Source: an uncultured SAR86 cluster bacterium (GTDB lineage Bacteria; Pseudomonadota; Gammaproteobacteria; Magnimaribacterales; D2472). Taken from it: 64,000 bases of DNA. This document shows positions 39,787-50,006 of the stretch, piece by piece. Location of the stretch: assembly GCA_902509965.1 (NCBI GenBank), contig CABWZP010000004.1:165-64164 (forward strand). The letters run 5' to 3'. How positions within the stretch are numbered: position 1 is the stretch's first letter; every line of letters begins with the position of its first letter. The translations under genes were made by a program, and so were the position numbers. The notes beneath the pieces are model-generated. The model was not told the DNA's origin. It was given only the letters and a program-made list of their open reading frames with translations, and ran no database searches.

Positions 39787-39988
39787 ATTTACTCCCCCGA
39801 GATTTAAAAACTTATAACTACTTTTTATATATATATATACAAAGTATGAAATAAATTTACGCCTTTTTTTTCATTTTGTAAATCAAAATTTTTTGCTAAA
39901 AAACACACCATCTAGAATCATTAAAATAGCAGGTTTTTAGATTAAAAAATTTGTAATTAATGTAAGATTTTTTTGCTATTATGCTGAT

Positions 39989-40459
39989 ATGAATAAAAAA
40001 TACCTACTTACAATAATGTGTTCATTTACTATGTCAGCATTCGCTGCTAGCGACCTCGATCAAAGTGTTAATTCTGAAACTAAGTTATTAGTTCATAAGA
40101 CAGCGACTTGTGGTTGCTGTAAAAAATGGATTAAACATCTTGAAGATAATGGATTTATAGCTGATGTTCAAAATCATAAAAATCTAGCAGAAATAAAAGA
40201 GACGTTAGGAATTAAGTCTGAATATAGATCTTGTCATACTGGTGTATCTAAAGATGGTTATGTTTTTGAGGGACATATACCCAGTCAATATATAGCTCAA
40301 TTTCTTTCAGAGGATCATCCTGATGCCCTTGGTCTTTCGGTACCTGGAATGCCTTTAGGTTCACCTGGTATGGAAGTTGGTGATCGCTTTATGCCTTATG
40401 AAGTTCTTCTTCTCAACAAAGATGGAAGTAGTGAAGTCTACGCTAAAGTTAACAGATGA
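39989..40459 (+). CDS. DUF411 (CopG-like) periplasmic metal-binding protein
   Basis: Signal peptide, then CGCCKKW, SCHT and GLSVPGMPLGSPGME motifs. Confidence 0.8.
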   Translation: MNKKYLLTIMCSFTMSAFAASDLDQSVNSETKLLVHKTATCGCCKKWIKHLEDNGFIADVQNHKNLAEIKETLGIKSEYRSCHTGVSKDGYVFEGHIPSQYIAQFLSEDHPDALGLSVPGMPLGSPGMEVGDRFMPYEVLLLNKDGSSEVYAKVNR

Positions 40460-40489
40460 CTCGAACCTCCGACCAATGGATTATGAATC
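40458..40489 (-). repeat. partial copy of tRNA-Ile2(CAU) (anticodon loop to T-loop), direct repeat of 41169-41200
   Basis: 29/29 identical bases (gactcgaacctccgaccaatggattatga) and 31/32 overall. The flanks do not complete a cloverleaf. Confidence 0.75.
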
Positions 40490-40497
40490 TTGGTTAT

Positions 40498-41124
40498 CTA
40501 TAAGTTAAAAGAGTTACGAATACCTTCGATTACAAACTCTATAGCCAGAGCTCCAAGTAATAATCCAAAAATTTTCTCGACTACTGTTACAACCGTTGGT
40601 CCTAATCTAGATGAAAGTTTGGCTGAAAGCCACATAGCAAGAGCAGCTATCAAAACTACTATAAATATAGGTAAATAAGATACAACCGCATCTGCAATGC
40701 TTAGATAAGATTCCTTAGATAACAGTAAACTAGTAGCCATGGCTCCTGGGCCCGCTATCAAAGGTATTGATAATGGAAATATTGCTATAGATTTTATTGT
40801 TTCATCATCTATCGCTGTATCAGCAGTATTTTGTCTTTCTAATTGTCTTTGGCCAAAGACCATTTTAAAGGCGATTACAACAAGAAACATGCCTCCAATA
40901 ATTCTAAAAGAGTCCATACTAATATTCATTGTATCTAAAATGGCATTACCAAATAACCAAAAAATAGAGAGAACTATCAGAGAAACTATGGAAGCTCTGA
41001 TATAAATTGTTTTAACTTGTTGCTTGGTTAAGCCTGATGTTAAACCTGCAAATATAGGCACCAATGAAATTGGGTTTACTGCAATAAAGAGTAAAAGAAT
41101 GCTTTCAATTAGTGTGTCAAACAT
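40498..41124 (-). CDS. MarC/UPF0056 family membrane protein
   Basis: Six-TM protein of about 208 aa with MarC-family character (NPISLVPIFAGLT, IAGPGA). Confidence 0.75.
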   Translation of the reverse strand: MFDTLIESILLLFIAVNPISLVPIFAGLTSGLTKQQVKTIYIRASIVSLIVLSIFWLFGNAILDTMNISMDSFRIIGGMFLVVIAFKMVFGQRQLERQNTADTAIDDETIKSIAIFPLSIPLIAGPGAMATSLLLSKESYLSIADAVVSYLPIFIVVLIAALAMWLSAKLSSRLGPTVVTVVEKIFGLLLGALAIEFVIEGIRNSFNL

Positions 41125-41153
41125 TTAAACCTCGGTTTTTATTACGTGATGAA

Positions 41154-41230
41154 TGGTGGGCCCGGGAGGACTCGAACCTCCGACCAATGGATTATGAGTC
41201 CACTGCTCTAACCAACTGAGCTACAGGCCC
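41154..41230 (-). tRNA. ileX: tRNA with CAU anticodon, most likely tRNA-Ile2 (lysidine type)
   Basis: The reverse complement is GGGCCTGTAGCTCAGTTGGTTAGAGCAGTGGACTCATAATCCATTGGTCGGAGGTTCGAGTCCTCCCGGGCCCACCA. The C4:G69 and C5:G68 pairs and the TTGGTC variable loop resemble E. coli ileX rather than elongator Met. It lies directly downstream of rpoD. Confidence 0.85.
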
Positions 41231-41235
41231 TAAGA

Positions 41236-43035
41236 TTATTCGTCTAAGAAACTTTTTAAATGACTTGAACGGCTAGGGTGACGTAATTTCCTTAGCGCTT
41301 TAGCTTCGATCTGCCTAATACGCTCTCTAGTTACATCAAATTGTTTTCCAACTTCTTCTAAGGTGTGATCAGTATTCATTCCGATACCAAATCTCATTCT
41401 TAAAACTTTTGCTTCTCTTGCTGTAAGAGAAGATAAAACGTCATCAGTAGCAAAGTGCAAACTATCCTCAGTTGCATTTTGTAGTGGTGACTCAATAACA
41501 GTATCTTCGATAAAATCACCTAAACTTGAATCTTCATCATCACCAATTGGTGTTTCAGTTGAAATAGGCTCTTTAGCTATTTTTAAAACTTTTCTGACTT
41601 TATCCTCAGGCATATCTAACTCTTTACTTAACTCATCTGGAGTTGGCTCTCTTCCAATATCCTGCATCATTTGTCTTGATACTCTATTAAGCTTATTAAT
41701 TGTCTCAATCATGTGAACCGGTATTCTTATCGTTCTTGCTTGGTCAGCAATAGATCTTGTAATAGCTTGTCGAATCCACCAGGTAGCATAAGTAGAAAAC
41801 TTATAACCTCTTCTATATTCAAATTTATCAACAGCTTTCATTAAACCTATATTGCCTTCTTGAATAAGATCTAGGAATTGTAGACCTCTATTGGTGTATT
41901 TTTTGGCAATAGAAATTACAAGCCTAAGGTTTGCTTCAACCATGTCTTTTTTAGCCCTTCGCATCTTGGTTTCACCCATAGACATGCTTCTATTAATTTC
42001 TTTAATCTCTTTAACGCTTAAGCCAACTGCTTTCTCTAAGGCTATTACTTCTTTTTGCGCAATCACAACATCTTGTTTAATAGCTTCTAAAAGATCTTTC
42101 TTATATTTCTTTTCTTTTTGCAATGAGTCAATCCATCTAACTTTTGTTAAATTATCTGGGAACAATTTCAAGAAATCTTTTCTTGGAACTCTTGCTTTTC
42201 TTACTACCAGCATCTGAATAGCTCTTTCTCGATCTCTAATATCATTTAGTCCAGATCTGGCAATAGAAGCCAATTCTTCAAACATTTTTGGACTGAATTT
42301 TAAAAATTGAAAGATTAATCCTAATTTTTCATATTCTACTTTAGCTTCTTTAGAACTTTTACCTTTAGCATCTATAACTTTTAAAGTCTTGTTATATTGT
42401 CTTTTAAGGTTGGTCATTCTTCTTTGAACTTCTTCCATGTCAGGACCAGTAGGCTTTTCATCGTCCTCTTCTTCTGCTTTAGCTCTTTCACTTCCAGGGC
42501 CAGCTGAAGGAACTTCTTCCATCTCTTCTAAGAATCCTGTTAAAAGATCATTAATCTTTTTCTCTCCATCCTTAACCATTTGGAAATAATCTATAACATG
42601 CGTAACAGTTGTTGGGTATGCAACACTTGCATTGAGAAGATCGCGCATACCCTCTTCAATTCTTTTAGCAATCTCAATTTCACCTTCACGGGTAAGAAGA
42701 TCAACAGTACCCATTTCTCGCATATACATTCTTACAGGATCAGTTGTTCTGCCTGTTTCATTCTCTACAGCAGCTAAGGCTGCAGCAGCTTGTTCTAAAG
42801 CAACATCATCTGAATCTTCAGATTCAGCTAGCATTAAGGTATCTGCATCAGGAGCAGTTTCATGAACTTGCAAACCAAGATCATTAATCATTCCAATAAT
42901 TTCTTCGACTTGATCTGGATCGGAAATATCATCAGGCAAGTGATCATTCACATCTGCATATGTTAAATAACCTTGCTCTCTTCCCTTTTCTATCAGTTCA
43001 GATATCTTTGAGCCTTTCTTGCTAAGTTTGTCCAC
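41236..43035 (-). CDS. rpoD: RNA polymerase sigma-70 factor
   Basis: Full RpoD architecture: acidic region 1, and regions 2-4 with [12 protein letters not shown] and the C-terminal [10 protein letters not shown]. Confidence 0.97.
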   Translation of the reverse strand: MDKLSKKGSKISELIEKGREQGYLTYADVNDHLPDDISDPDQVEEIIGMINDLGLQVHETAPDADTLMLAESEDSDDVALEQAAAALAAVENETGRTTDPVRMYMREMGTVDLLTREGEIEIAKRIEEGMRDLLNASVAYPTTVTHVIDYFQMVKDGEKKINDLLTGFLEEMEEVPSAGPGSERAKAEEEDDEKPTGPDMEEVQRRMTNLKRQYNKTLKVIDAKGKSSKEAKVEYEKLGLIFQFLKFSPKMFEELASIARSGLNDIRDRERAIQMLVVRKARVPRKDFLKLFPDNLTKVRWIDSLQKEKKYKKDLLEAIKQDVVIAQKEVIALEKAVGLSVKEIKEINRSMSMGETKMRRAKKDMVEANLRLVISIAKKYTNRGLQFLDLIQEGNIGLMKAVDKFEYRRGYKFSTYATWWIRQAITRSIADQARTIRIPVHMIETINKLNRVSRQMMQDIGREPTPDELSKELDMPEDKVRKVLKIAKEPISTETPIGDDEDSSLGDFIEDTVIESPLQNATEDSLHFATDDVLSSLTAREAKVLRMRFGIGMNTDHTLEEVGKQFDVTRERIRQIEAKALRKLRHPSRSSHLKSFLDE

Positions 43036-43085
43036 TGAATCTCCGTATATTTAGTCTTATCTATGTTGGGATAAATTACTAATTT

Positions 43086-44858
43086 TCAATCTCTTTTTGA
43101 GCTTAAATTTTTCAATAAAGCTGTGTCTTCTTCACTTAATTCAGCTTTCTTTAAAATGAACTGTTGAAGCTCTCTTCTTTCAGCTGATGAAATGTGCTGC
43201 ATATTATACTTTTCTTTTAAGATTTCCTCTCTATCTTTTTGATTTTTTACAAAACTATGTAAACAGTCCTGCAACATACTGATTGCATTTTCTTCTGTTA
43301 GAGCTATTTCACTCATTAAAGCTTCGCTAAATAATCTTTTAATTTGATCAGATTGAATTTGTTCAAAAACTATAGATGGATTAATTTCTGGATTATCTAA
43401 ATATTTATTTTGAACTTCTAAAAGAAATAAAAACTTCTCATTGTTATGAATAGACTCAAATGCCCTATCTTTTGCAAGATGAGGATATTGAATAAGTGCA
43501 GTAAAAATACCTACGATAGCTTTTCTTGCTAAAAGTGATCCACTATTCTCTTCATTGGCAGCAGTCTCATTTGATACAGGTATGTTTCTAGGTTTTTGAG
43601 TATTAGAAGAGATTAAGCTTGCAAAATCTAATCTGCATATTGAAGCAATTTCTTCAATATAGGCCTGTTTTAAGGTTTCATTATTAATACTATTGACCAA
43701 AGGTATAGCGAATTTAGCAGCCTTTGATCTGCCTTCAATAGTTTCTAAATCATCAACTTTCTTAATCCTTGATAAAAAGAATTTAGAAAAAGAAATATTA
43801 TTATCAAGAAGTTTGAGGAAAGCCTCTTTGCCTTTTTCATTGATATAACTATCAGGGTCATGCCCTTCTTCTAAAAAAATAAAACCTATTTTTACATCTT
43901 CTCTTAAGATAGGTAATGCATTCTCAACTGCTTTCCATGCAGCCTTTCGACCAGCAAGGTCTCCGTCAAAAGCTACGTATATATTTTTTGCATAGCGCAT
44001 AAGCTTTGAAACATGCTTTGCAGTTATTGCGGTTCCAAGCGAAGCGACAGCATTTTTAACTCCATTCTGATGCAGAGCTATAACATCCATATAGCCTTCT
44101 ACAACTATTAGTGAATCAAGAGATTTATTTAGTTCCCTTGCCTCATACAGACCAAAGAGTTCATTGGACTTACTGTAGGTTTTTGTTTCAGGTGAATTGA
44201 GATACTTGGGTTCGCCATCACCGAGAATTCTTCCACCAAAGGCAACACATTGCCCACGAATATTTCGAATAGGGAACATAAGCCTAGCTCTAAAGAAATC
44301 AAAAATCTTTTCCTCTTTGGTGCTAAATAATCCTGATTCTAAAATATCTGCTTTAGGATATTTTGATGTAACCTTGTCATATAAATTTGTCCATCCATCT
44401 TTTGCATATCCAAGATTAAAAAATGCAGCAGTCTCTCCTGAAATTCCTCTATTCTTTAAATACTTTACAGCCTCAGATCCATCTGAAGATTTAAGTGCGC
44501 TTTTATAAATTATATTAGCCTCATCATTTATTTCTTTTGCTTTAGACTCTTCAACTGTTTGTTTGGTGTATGGAACCTCCAAACCGACACTAGAAGCGAT
44601 AGTTTCAACAGCATCTACAAAATCGAGATTTTCATAACGTCTTAAAAAATGTATGGAATTTCCAGATGCATTACAAACAAAACAATAAAAGAATTGCTTA
44701 TCCTGATTAACTGCCATTGAAGGCTTTTTATCATCATGAAAGGGGCATAAACACCAAAAATTTTGACCTTTTTTAGTCAACTGTATTCGTCTGCCAACAA
44801 TATCGACAATATCGGATTGATCAAGAATTTGATCTATAAAACTAGAGGGTATCGACAC
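43086..44858 (-). CDS. dnaG: DNA primase
   Basis: Zinc finger CLCPFHDDKKPSM...CFVC, a TOPRIM domain (EGYMDV) and a C-terminal helicase-binding domain. Confidence 0.95.
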   Translation of the reverse strand: MSIPSSFIDQILDQSDIVDIVGRRIQLTKKGQNFWCLCPFHDDKKPSMAVNQDKQFFYCFVCNASGNSIHFLRRYENLDFVDAVETIASSVGLEVPYTKQTVEESKAKEINDEANIIYKSALKSSDGSEAVKYLKNRGISGETAAFFNLGYAKDGWTNLYDKVTSKYPKADILESGLFSTKEEKIFDFFRARLMFPIRNIRGQCVAFGGRILGDGEPKYLNSPETKTYSKSNELFGLYEARELNKSLDSLIVVEGYMDVIALHQNGVKNAVASLGTAITAKHVSKLMRYAKNIYVAFDGDLAGRKAAWKAVENALPILREDVKIGFIFLEEGHDPDSYINEKGKEAFLKLLDNNISFSKFFLSRIKKVDDLETIEGRSKAAKFAIPLVNSINNETLKQAYIEEIASICRLDFASLISSNTQKPRNIPVSNETAANEENSGSLLARKAIVGIFTALIQYPHLAKDRAFESIHNNEKFLFLLEVQNKYLDNPEINPSIVFEQIQSDQIKRLFSEALMSEIALTEENAISMLQDCLHSFVKNQKDREEILKEKYNMQHISSAERRELQQFILKKAELSEEDTALLKNLSSKRD

Positions 44859-45243
44859 TTTTATTGAACCAGTTATCTAATATAATTTTAGCTGCATGGG
44901 CATCTACTAATGTAGACCCAATATCAGCTACCTTTTCTCTTGCTTCAAAACTAGTAAGTCGTTCATCCACATATTCACACTTTATTTTTGATATTTTTGT
45001 AAGTTTTTTTACAAAACTTTCTACAGTTTTCATAATATCACTTTCTGTTCCATCCATATTTAGAGGTTTACCAACTAAAATTAATTCTGGCTTCCATTCA
45101 TCGAGTACCTTTTCAATCTCAGGCCAATTTATCCTATTCCCGTAATTAAAAATAATACTTAATGGTGATGAAGTCTTTGTTAAAGTTTGTCCAACAGCAA
45201 CTCCTATTTTTTTTGTACCAAAATCAAATGCTAGTATTTGCAT
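44842..45243 (-). CDS. ruvX: Holliday junction resolvase-like / pre-16S rRNA nuclease
   Basis: MQILAFDFGTKKIGVAVG is a YqgF motif. I place the start at the ATG at 45243, after AAGGAA. Confidence 0.85.
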   Translation of the reverse strand: MQILAFDFGTKKIGVAVGQTLTKTSSPLSIIFNYGNRINWPEIEKVLDEWKPELILVGKPLNMDGTESDIMKTVESFVKKLTKISKIKCEYVDERLTSFEAREKVADIGSTLVDAHAAKIILDNWFNKSVDTL

Positions 45244-45248
45244 TTCCT

Positions 45249-45869
45249 TTAACCGCCGAAGTTCCAATCACGAACTATCTCTAAGATCTTATAACCCTTT
45301 TGCATTTCTTCATCAAAAGGACTAAAGGGCGCAGACTCTCTTAAAATTTGCAAAGCAAGTTTATCAGTCTCTTGGTCACCAGAGGATATAAGGATTTCTG
45401 ATTTTAATAAATTTCCAAATGAATCGACTGTTGCCATTAGCCGGACTGTTTGATTTGAAGAGGCATAATCGGAAGCAACAATAAGACTCTGACCAATGGT
45501 TTCAACTTTTCGTTGCCAAGAATTTAAATAAAAAGCTTCAGAAGAATTTACCTCCGAATTTGCTTCCAGCCTTTTTACTTTATATGTTTCTGCTCGCATA
45601 TCTTTTCTTGTTAAAGCACTATCAGAAGTTTCTGGTGAAAAGGTATCTATAGCTTCTTCGTTCATACTTAAAAAGCCATCTTGCTCTATAGAAGAATTAG
45701 CAAGCCTAATATTAATAATTGGTGAATCGTCAAATGTTGGAAGATTGTATACATTTGAAAAAGTAATTCCAAAAATTATAAGTAGATGTACTCCAATAGA
45801 AATATAGGTTGATTTACCGATGTCTAATCGTCTTCTAACTTTTTTATTACTTAGAATTGCATAACTCAT
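45249..45869 (-). CDS. TonB C-terminal-domain family protein
   Basis: N-terminal TM anchor plus a C-terminal TonB-like fold. Its position between gshB and ruvX matches the Pseudomonas arrangement. Confidence 0.5.
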   Translation of the reverse strand: MSYAILSNKKVRRRLDIGKSTYISIGVHLLIIFGITFSNVYNLPTFDDSPIINIRLANSSIEQDGFLSMNEEAIDTFSPETSDSALTRKDMRAETYKVKRLEANSEVNSSEAFYLNSWQRKVETIGQSLIVASDYASSNQTVRLMATVDSFGNLLKSEILISSGDQETDKLALQILRESAPFSPFDEEMQKGYKILEIVRDWNFGG

Positions 45870-46792
45870 AAACCAGCAAACAATTCCATAATAGGATCTT
45901 CTCCTGTTTGATCAAATATCTGTCTTGCGCAAGTTGGACTGGTAACATTTATTTCTGTTACTTTGCTGCCAATCATATCTAGTCCTGCAAATACAATTCC
46001 ATGTTGCATCAAGACTGTCCCTATTTCATTTGCAACTGCCTCTTGATGAGGTTGTAAATCTTTTGCTACACCCTTGCCACCAGCAGCTAAATTACCTTTA
46101 AAGCTTTCCCCTTGCGGTATTCTTGCTAAAGTTTTATTGAAAGGTTTTCCATTGATAATAAGAATTCTGAAATCTCCATCATAAATTTCTGGTAGAAATT
46201 CTTGTCCAACAATTGAAGTCTTCCCTTCGTTAGTAAGCTCTTGAATAATAGACTCTTCATCAGAACCTATCTCACTTAATTTATAAATTGATTCTCCTCC
46301 CATTCCATTAAGAGGCTTAATTACAATTTCGCTAAAATCTTTAGCAAATGCCTTAAGTTCAGATGCTTTGGAAGAAATAAGCGTACTTGGAATGTATTTT
46401 GTAAAATACAGAGCAAATATTTTTTCATTAAACTTTTTAACTGCACTTGGATTGTTAATGACATTTGCTCCATTCGATTGTGCTAGATCAAGCAAATGTA
46501 ATGTATTCATATAATTCTCATCAACTGGGGGATCTTTGCGCATAAAGACATATTGAAAGTCTTTTAGGTAAATATTTTTACCAGATTCTTCTAACAAAAT
46601 ATCTTTAGCCTTAAATTCAATTTCTTTTGCATGAGCTTGAACCAAGCCATTACTAAAAGAAATATCGCTTGTCTCACATTGGTAAGGTTGCATATTTAGA
46701 CTTTGAGCATGCTCAATCATGAATAAAGAAGTATCTTTCATAATATTAAGGCTAGCGACTGGATCTGTTATAAATAGAATTTTATTACTCAT
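45866..46792 (-). CDS. gshB: glutathione synthetase
   Basis: ATP-grasp protein with prokaryotic GshB N-terminal and C-terminal motifs (MRKDPP, GDFRILIINGKP, NLAAGG). Confidence 0.9.
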   Translation of the reverse strand: MSNKILFITDPVASLNIMKDTSLFMIEHAQSLNMQPYQCETSDISFSNGLVQAHAKEIEFKAKDILLEESGKNIYLKDFQYVFMRKDPPVDENYMNTLHLLDLAQSNGANVINNPSAVKKFNEKIFALYFTKYIPSTLISSKASELKAFAKDFSEIVIKPLNGMGGESIYKLSEIGSDEESIIQELTNEGKTSIVGQEFLPEIYDGDFRILIINGKPFNKTLARIPQGESFKGNLAAGGKGVAKDLQPHQEAVANEIGTVLMQHGIVFAGLDMIGSKVTEINVTSPTCARQIFDQTGEDPIMELFAGL

Positions 46793-46797
46793 TAGAC

Positions 46798-47541
46798 TTA
46801 AATATTTCCTACAAAGGATTGTATTAGAGTAGCGCTAATTATTGGCGCTGTCTCTGCTCTAAGAGTATTTTTTCCTAACGATTTAGGAGTAACACCCTTT
46901 TCTACCATAATAGACCTTTCTTGATCAGAAAAACCAGACTCAGGACCACTAATAAAGATATATTCATCTTTTTGCTCTATATCATCCGCTGATAGAAGAT
47001 CAGTTGCTTCTAAATCAAAGAAACAAACAAAACTAGTTTTTTTTGAAATCGCATCAGCATTAAGCACTTCTTGAAGTCCCTCAAAATACTCTAGAGTTGG
47101 AAGGTAATTAATTCCAGACTGCTTACAGGCGCCAATAACTACTTCATTAAGCTTATCTTTTAATTTTGATAAATCTTTTTTAATTAAGCTTTGATCTAAT
47201 CTGTCTGGTTTAAAAAAAATTATTTTAGTAACCTCAAGCTCAGTTAGCTTTTGGGTCATAAAAGCCATATTGTCTTTTTTAATATATGGAAGAACTGCTA
47301 CAAGGTTTTTATTACTCCTTGTTGATATTTGAGGTGAAGAAATGAGTTCAACCTCTGTATTTCTTTTTGAACAGAGTGTGATATTTGCCTTACAAAATAA
47401 ACCTTCTCCATCAAATAATTCAATAATATCGCCTTCCTTCAACCTAAGAACCGTTGCTAAATGAGAAGACTGGGCAGATTCAAGCTTACAAGCAAAACTA
47501 ATATTAGCTAAATTTTTAAAATACATTCTATGAGTTTTCAC
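46798..47541 (-). CDS. rsmE: 16S rRNA (uracil1498-N3)-methyltransferase
   Basis: PUA-like N-terminus plus a SPOUT C-terminus (ISGPESGFS, LRAETA). Confidence 0.8.
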   Translation of the reverse strand: MKTHRMYFKNLANISFACKLESAQSSHLATVLRLKEGDIIELFDGEGLFCKANITLCSKRNTEVELISSPQISTRSNKNLVAVLPYIKKDNMAFMTQKLTELEVTKIIFFKPDRLDQSLIKKDLSKLKDKLNEVVIGACKQSGINYLPTLEYFEGLQEVLNADAISKKTSFVCFFDLEATDLLSADDIEQKDEYIFISGPESGFSDQERSIMVEKGVTPKSLGKNTLRAETAPIISATLIQSFVGNI

Positions 47542-47574
47542 AATACCATTATAATAACTATTAAAATTCTATAA

Positions 47575-48138
47575 ATGGCTATTCATACTTTACTTTTAAT
47601 AAGGCACGGTGAAGCAAGCGCTTCATTCGGCGAGCATAGTGACCCTGGATTAAGTAATAGAGGCAAAGAGCAAGCCAATAATTTAATAGATACTTTCTCA
47701 AAAGAAAATCTTGATAACTTTAAATTTATATCTAGTCCAAAATTAAGAGCGGTTGAGACGGCGCATCCTCTAAAATTGCAATACAACAAAGATCTTGTTG
47801 TGCAAAATCAATTTTCTGAAATACCCTCTGATGATATCCCTCCTCATAAAAAGCAAGATTGGTTGAGAGGCGTTATGTCACAAGAAATCAATACTCTCCC
47901 AGAAGCAGTAAAACTTTGGCAGAACAATATTATGAGCACCCTTTTAAATATTGATAGTGATGCAATTATCTTTAGTCACTTTATGGTGATCAATGCTGTA
48001 GCAGCATCAGTGCTTAAAAATAATAAATTACTCTATTTCTATCCTGATTACACTTCGTGTACTAAATTATTAGTAGAAGATAATCAAATTATTGAAATTA
48101 TTGTGGGTGATGATAAAAAAACTTTAATTAATCTTTAA
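47575..48138 (+). CDS. histidine phosphatase family protein
   Basis: LLLIRHGEA catalytic motif. Confidence 0.7.
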   Translation: MAIHTLLLIRHGEASASFGEHSDPGLSNRGKEQANNLIDTFSKENLDNFKFISSPKLRAVETAHPLKLQYNKDLVVQNQFSEIPSDDIPPHKKQDWLRGVMSQEINTLPEAVKLWQNNIMSTLLNIDSDAIIFSHFMVINAVAASVLKNNKLLYFYPDYTSCTKLLVEDNQIIEIIVGDDKKTLINL

Positions 48139-48201
48139 TTTGCTATTGAGCATTTTTTAATCAACTGTAAAATTATGGATTCTGTTTTTTAAAAACTAAG
48201 T

Positions 48202-48468
48202 TTGGCAAAAAAAAATACATCTTTCGATGACTATTCAAAAAAACCTTTAAAAGAAGAGGTTCGAAAAGCCATGAATCGCTATTATCAGCAACTTGATACA
48301 AACATGCCTATCGATGTATATAAACTTGTTCTTGATGAGGTTGAGCCACCTTTGCTTATTGCAACAATGAAATTTGTAAATCAAAATCAAAGCAAAGCAT
48401 CCCAAATACTTGGTATTAATAGAGCAACTCTTAGAACTAAACTAAAAAAATATGGGCTTTTGAAATGA
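48202..48468 (+). CDS. fis: Fis-family DNA-binding protein
   Basis: VYKLVLDEVEPPLL and the C-terminal HTH QSKASQILGINRATLRTKLKKYGL parallel E. coli Fis. TTG start. Confidence 0.75.
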   Translation: MAKKNTSFDDYSKKPLKEEVRKAMNRYYQQLDTNMPIDVYKLVLDEVEPPLLIATMKFVNQNQSKASQILGINRATLRTKLKKYGLLK

Positions 48469-50006
48469 ATGCGCTAAAACCAAAAACAGCCTTAATAAGC
48501 TTATCTAACAAAGAGAGTCTAGAGACTCTAGTTAATTTCCTTGTCTCGCAAAATGTAAAAATTCTCTCTACAGGCGGAACTTATAAGGCTATTAAAGAAA
48601 TTACAAATAATGTTATTGAGGTCTCAGACTTTACTGGATTTGAAGAAATGATGGATGGAAGAGTGAAAACACTTCATCCCAAAATACATGCTGGCATTCT
48701 TGCTAGACGTGATCAAGATATGGAAGTTCTATCAGAGCGTGGCTATGAAACCATCGACTTAGTCGTAGTGAACTTATACCCATTTAAAGAAACGATTGCC
48801 TCAGGTTGTTCTTTTGATGAAGCAATTGAAAAAATTGATATAGGCGGTCCTACTATGATTAGATCTGCTGCAAAAAACTTTAAAGATGTGGCTGTTGTAT
48901 CCGATCCTTCAGATTATTCTAGACTGATTGATGAATGGGAAAGCAAAGAAGGTATTTCTTATGATTTTAGAAAAGAGCTTTCATTAAAGGTCTTTACGCT
49001 AATGGCTGATTATAACGCTGCCATTTCAAATTACCTTGCTGGAGAAACTCAATCTCACTTGCCAGATTACTCTTTTAGTAAACAAAGCTCGCTTAGATAT
49101 GGAGAAAATCCTCATCAGGCTGCAAGTCTCTTAACATTTGCCAATTTAGAACATAAAAATATTGCTAATGCTGAAGTTATACAAGGTAAGGAGCTTTCTT
49201 ATAATAATATTGTTGATGCAGATGCTGCATGGGAATGTGTTCGAGAATTTAGTGAGCCTGCATGCGTGATTGTTAAACATGCTAACCCTTGTGGCGTTTC
49301 TGAGTCTGATTCTATTTTTAATGCATACGATTTGGCTTTTAAAACAGACCCAACTTCTGCTTTTGGTGGGATTATTGCTTTGAATAAAATGCTTGATGCT
49401 AAAACAGCTAGTGAAATAGATAGTAGGCAGTTTGTTGAAGTTGTTATTGCTCCTGACTATGAGGAAGCAGCTCTTGAAATTTTTGCGCAGAAAAAAAATA
49501 TAAGGATCCTTAAAGTCGATCTTATTCAAGACGATCCTTATCCTGGGGTTATTAAAAAAGTATCTGGTGGAATATTAATCCAAAGTGATGATACTTTTAT
49601 GGTTCCGCAGGAAGATTTGAAGTGTGTTACTAAAAGGCAGCCAAGTGATAGTGAGATAAATGATCTAATGTTTGCATGGAAAGTTGCAAAATTTGTAAAA
49701 TCAAATGCAATTGTTTATGTCAAAAATAAACAGACAATTGGTATTGGAGCTGGTCAAATGAGTAGAGTAATCAGTGCAGATATAGCAAATCTAAAGGCAA
49801 AAGAAGAAGGTTTAGAAGTTCAAGGAGCTGTAATGGCATCTGATGCATTTTTTCCATTTAGAGATGGAATTGATAAAGCTGCATCAAGCGGAATAGCGGC
49901 TATTATTCAACCTGGTGGCTCTATTAGAGATGAAGAAGTTATTGCTGCTGCAGATGAGAATGATATAGCTATGCTATATACAAGTAACAGGCACTTTAGG
50001 CACTAA
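48465..50006 (+). CDS. purH: bifunctional AICAR transformylase / IMP cyclohydrolase
   Basis: MGS-like N-terminus (ALISLSNK, GRVKTLHPKIH) and an AICARFT C-terminus ending in SNRHFRH. Confidence 0.95.
   Translation: MNALKPKTALISLSNKESLETLVNFLVSQNVKILSTGGTYKAIKEITNNVIEVSDFTGFEEMMDGRVKTLHPKIHAGILARRDQDMEVLSERGYETIDLVVVNLYPFKETIASGCSFDEAIEKIDIGGPTMIRSAAKNFKDVAVVSDPSDYSRLIDEWESKEGISYDFRKELSLKVFTLMADYNAAISNYLAGETQSHLPDYSFSKQSSLRYGENPHQAASLLTFANLEHKNIANAEVIQGKELSYNNIVDADAAWECVREFSEPACVIVKHANPCGVSESDSIFNAYDLAFKTDPTSAFGGIIALNKMLDAKTASEIDSRQFVEVVIAPDYEEAALEIFAQKKNIRILKVDLIQDDPYPGVIKKVSGGILIQSDDTFMVPQEDLKCVTKRQPSDSEINDLMFAWKVAKFVKSNAIVYVKNKQTIGIGAGQMSRVISADIANLKAKEEGLEVQGAVMASDAFFPFRDGIDKAASSGIAAIIQPGGSIRDEEVIAAADENDIAMLYTSNRHFRH

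Noticed and set aside
39826-39839. A (TA)7 dinucleotide repeat upstream of the GcvT-family gene, which could be a phase-variation tract.
   Set aside because: It is short, sits in a very AT-rich spacer, and is not positioned between recognisable -35 and -10 elements. It is most likely compositional.
40458-40535. The possibility that the tRNA-like fragment after the DUF411 gene is a complete second tRNA(CAU) gene.
   Set aside because: The flanking sequence cannot form the anticodon stem (CAAGA versus TCCAT), the T-stem 3' strand or an acceptor stem. Only the 29-32 nt interior block is present.
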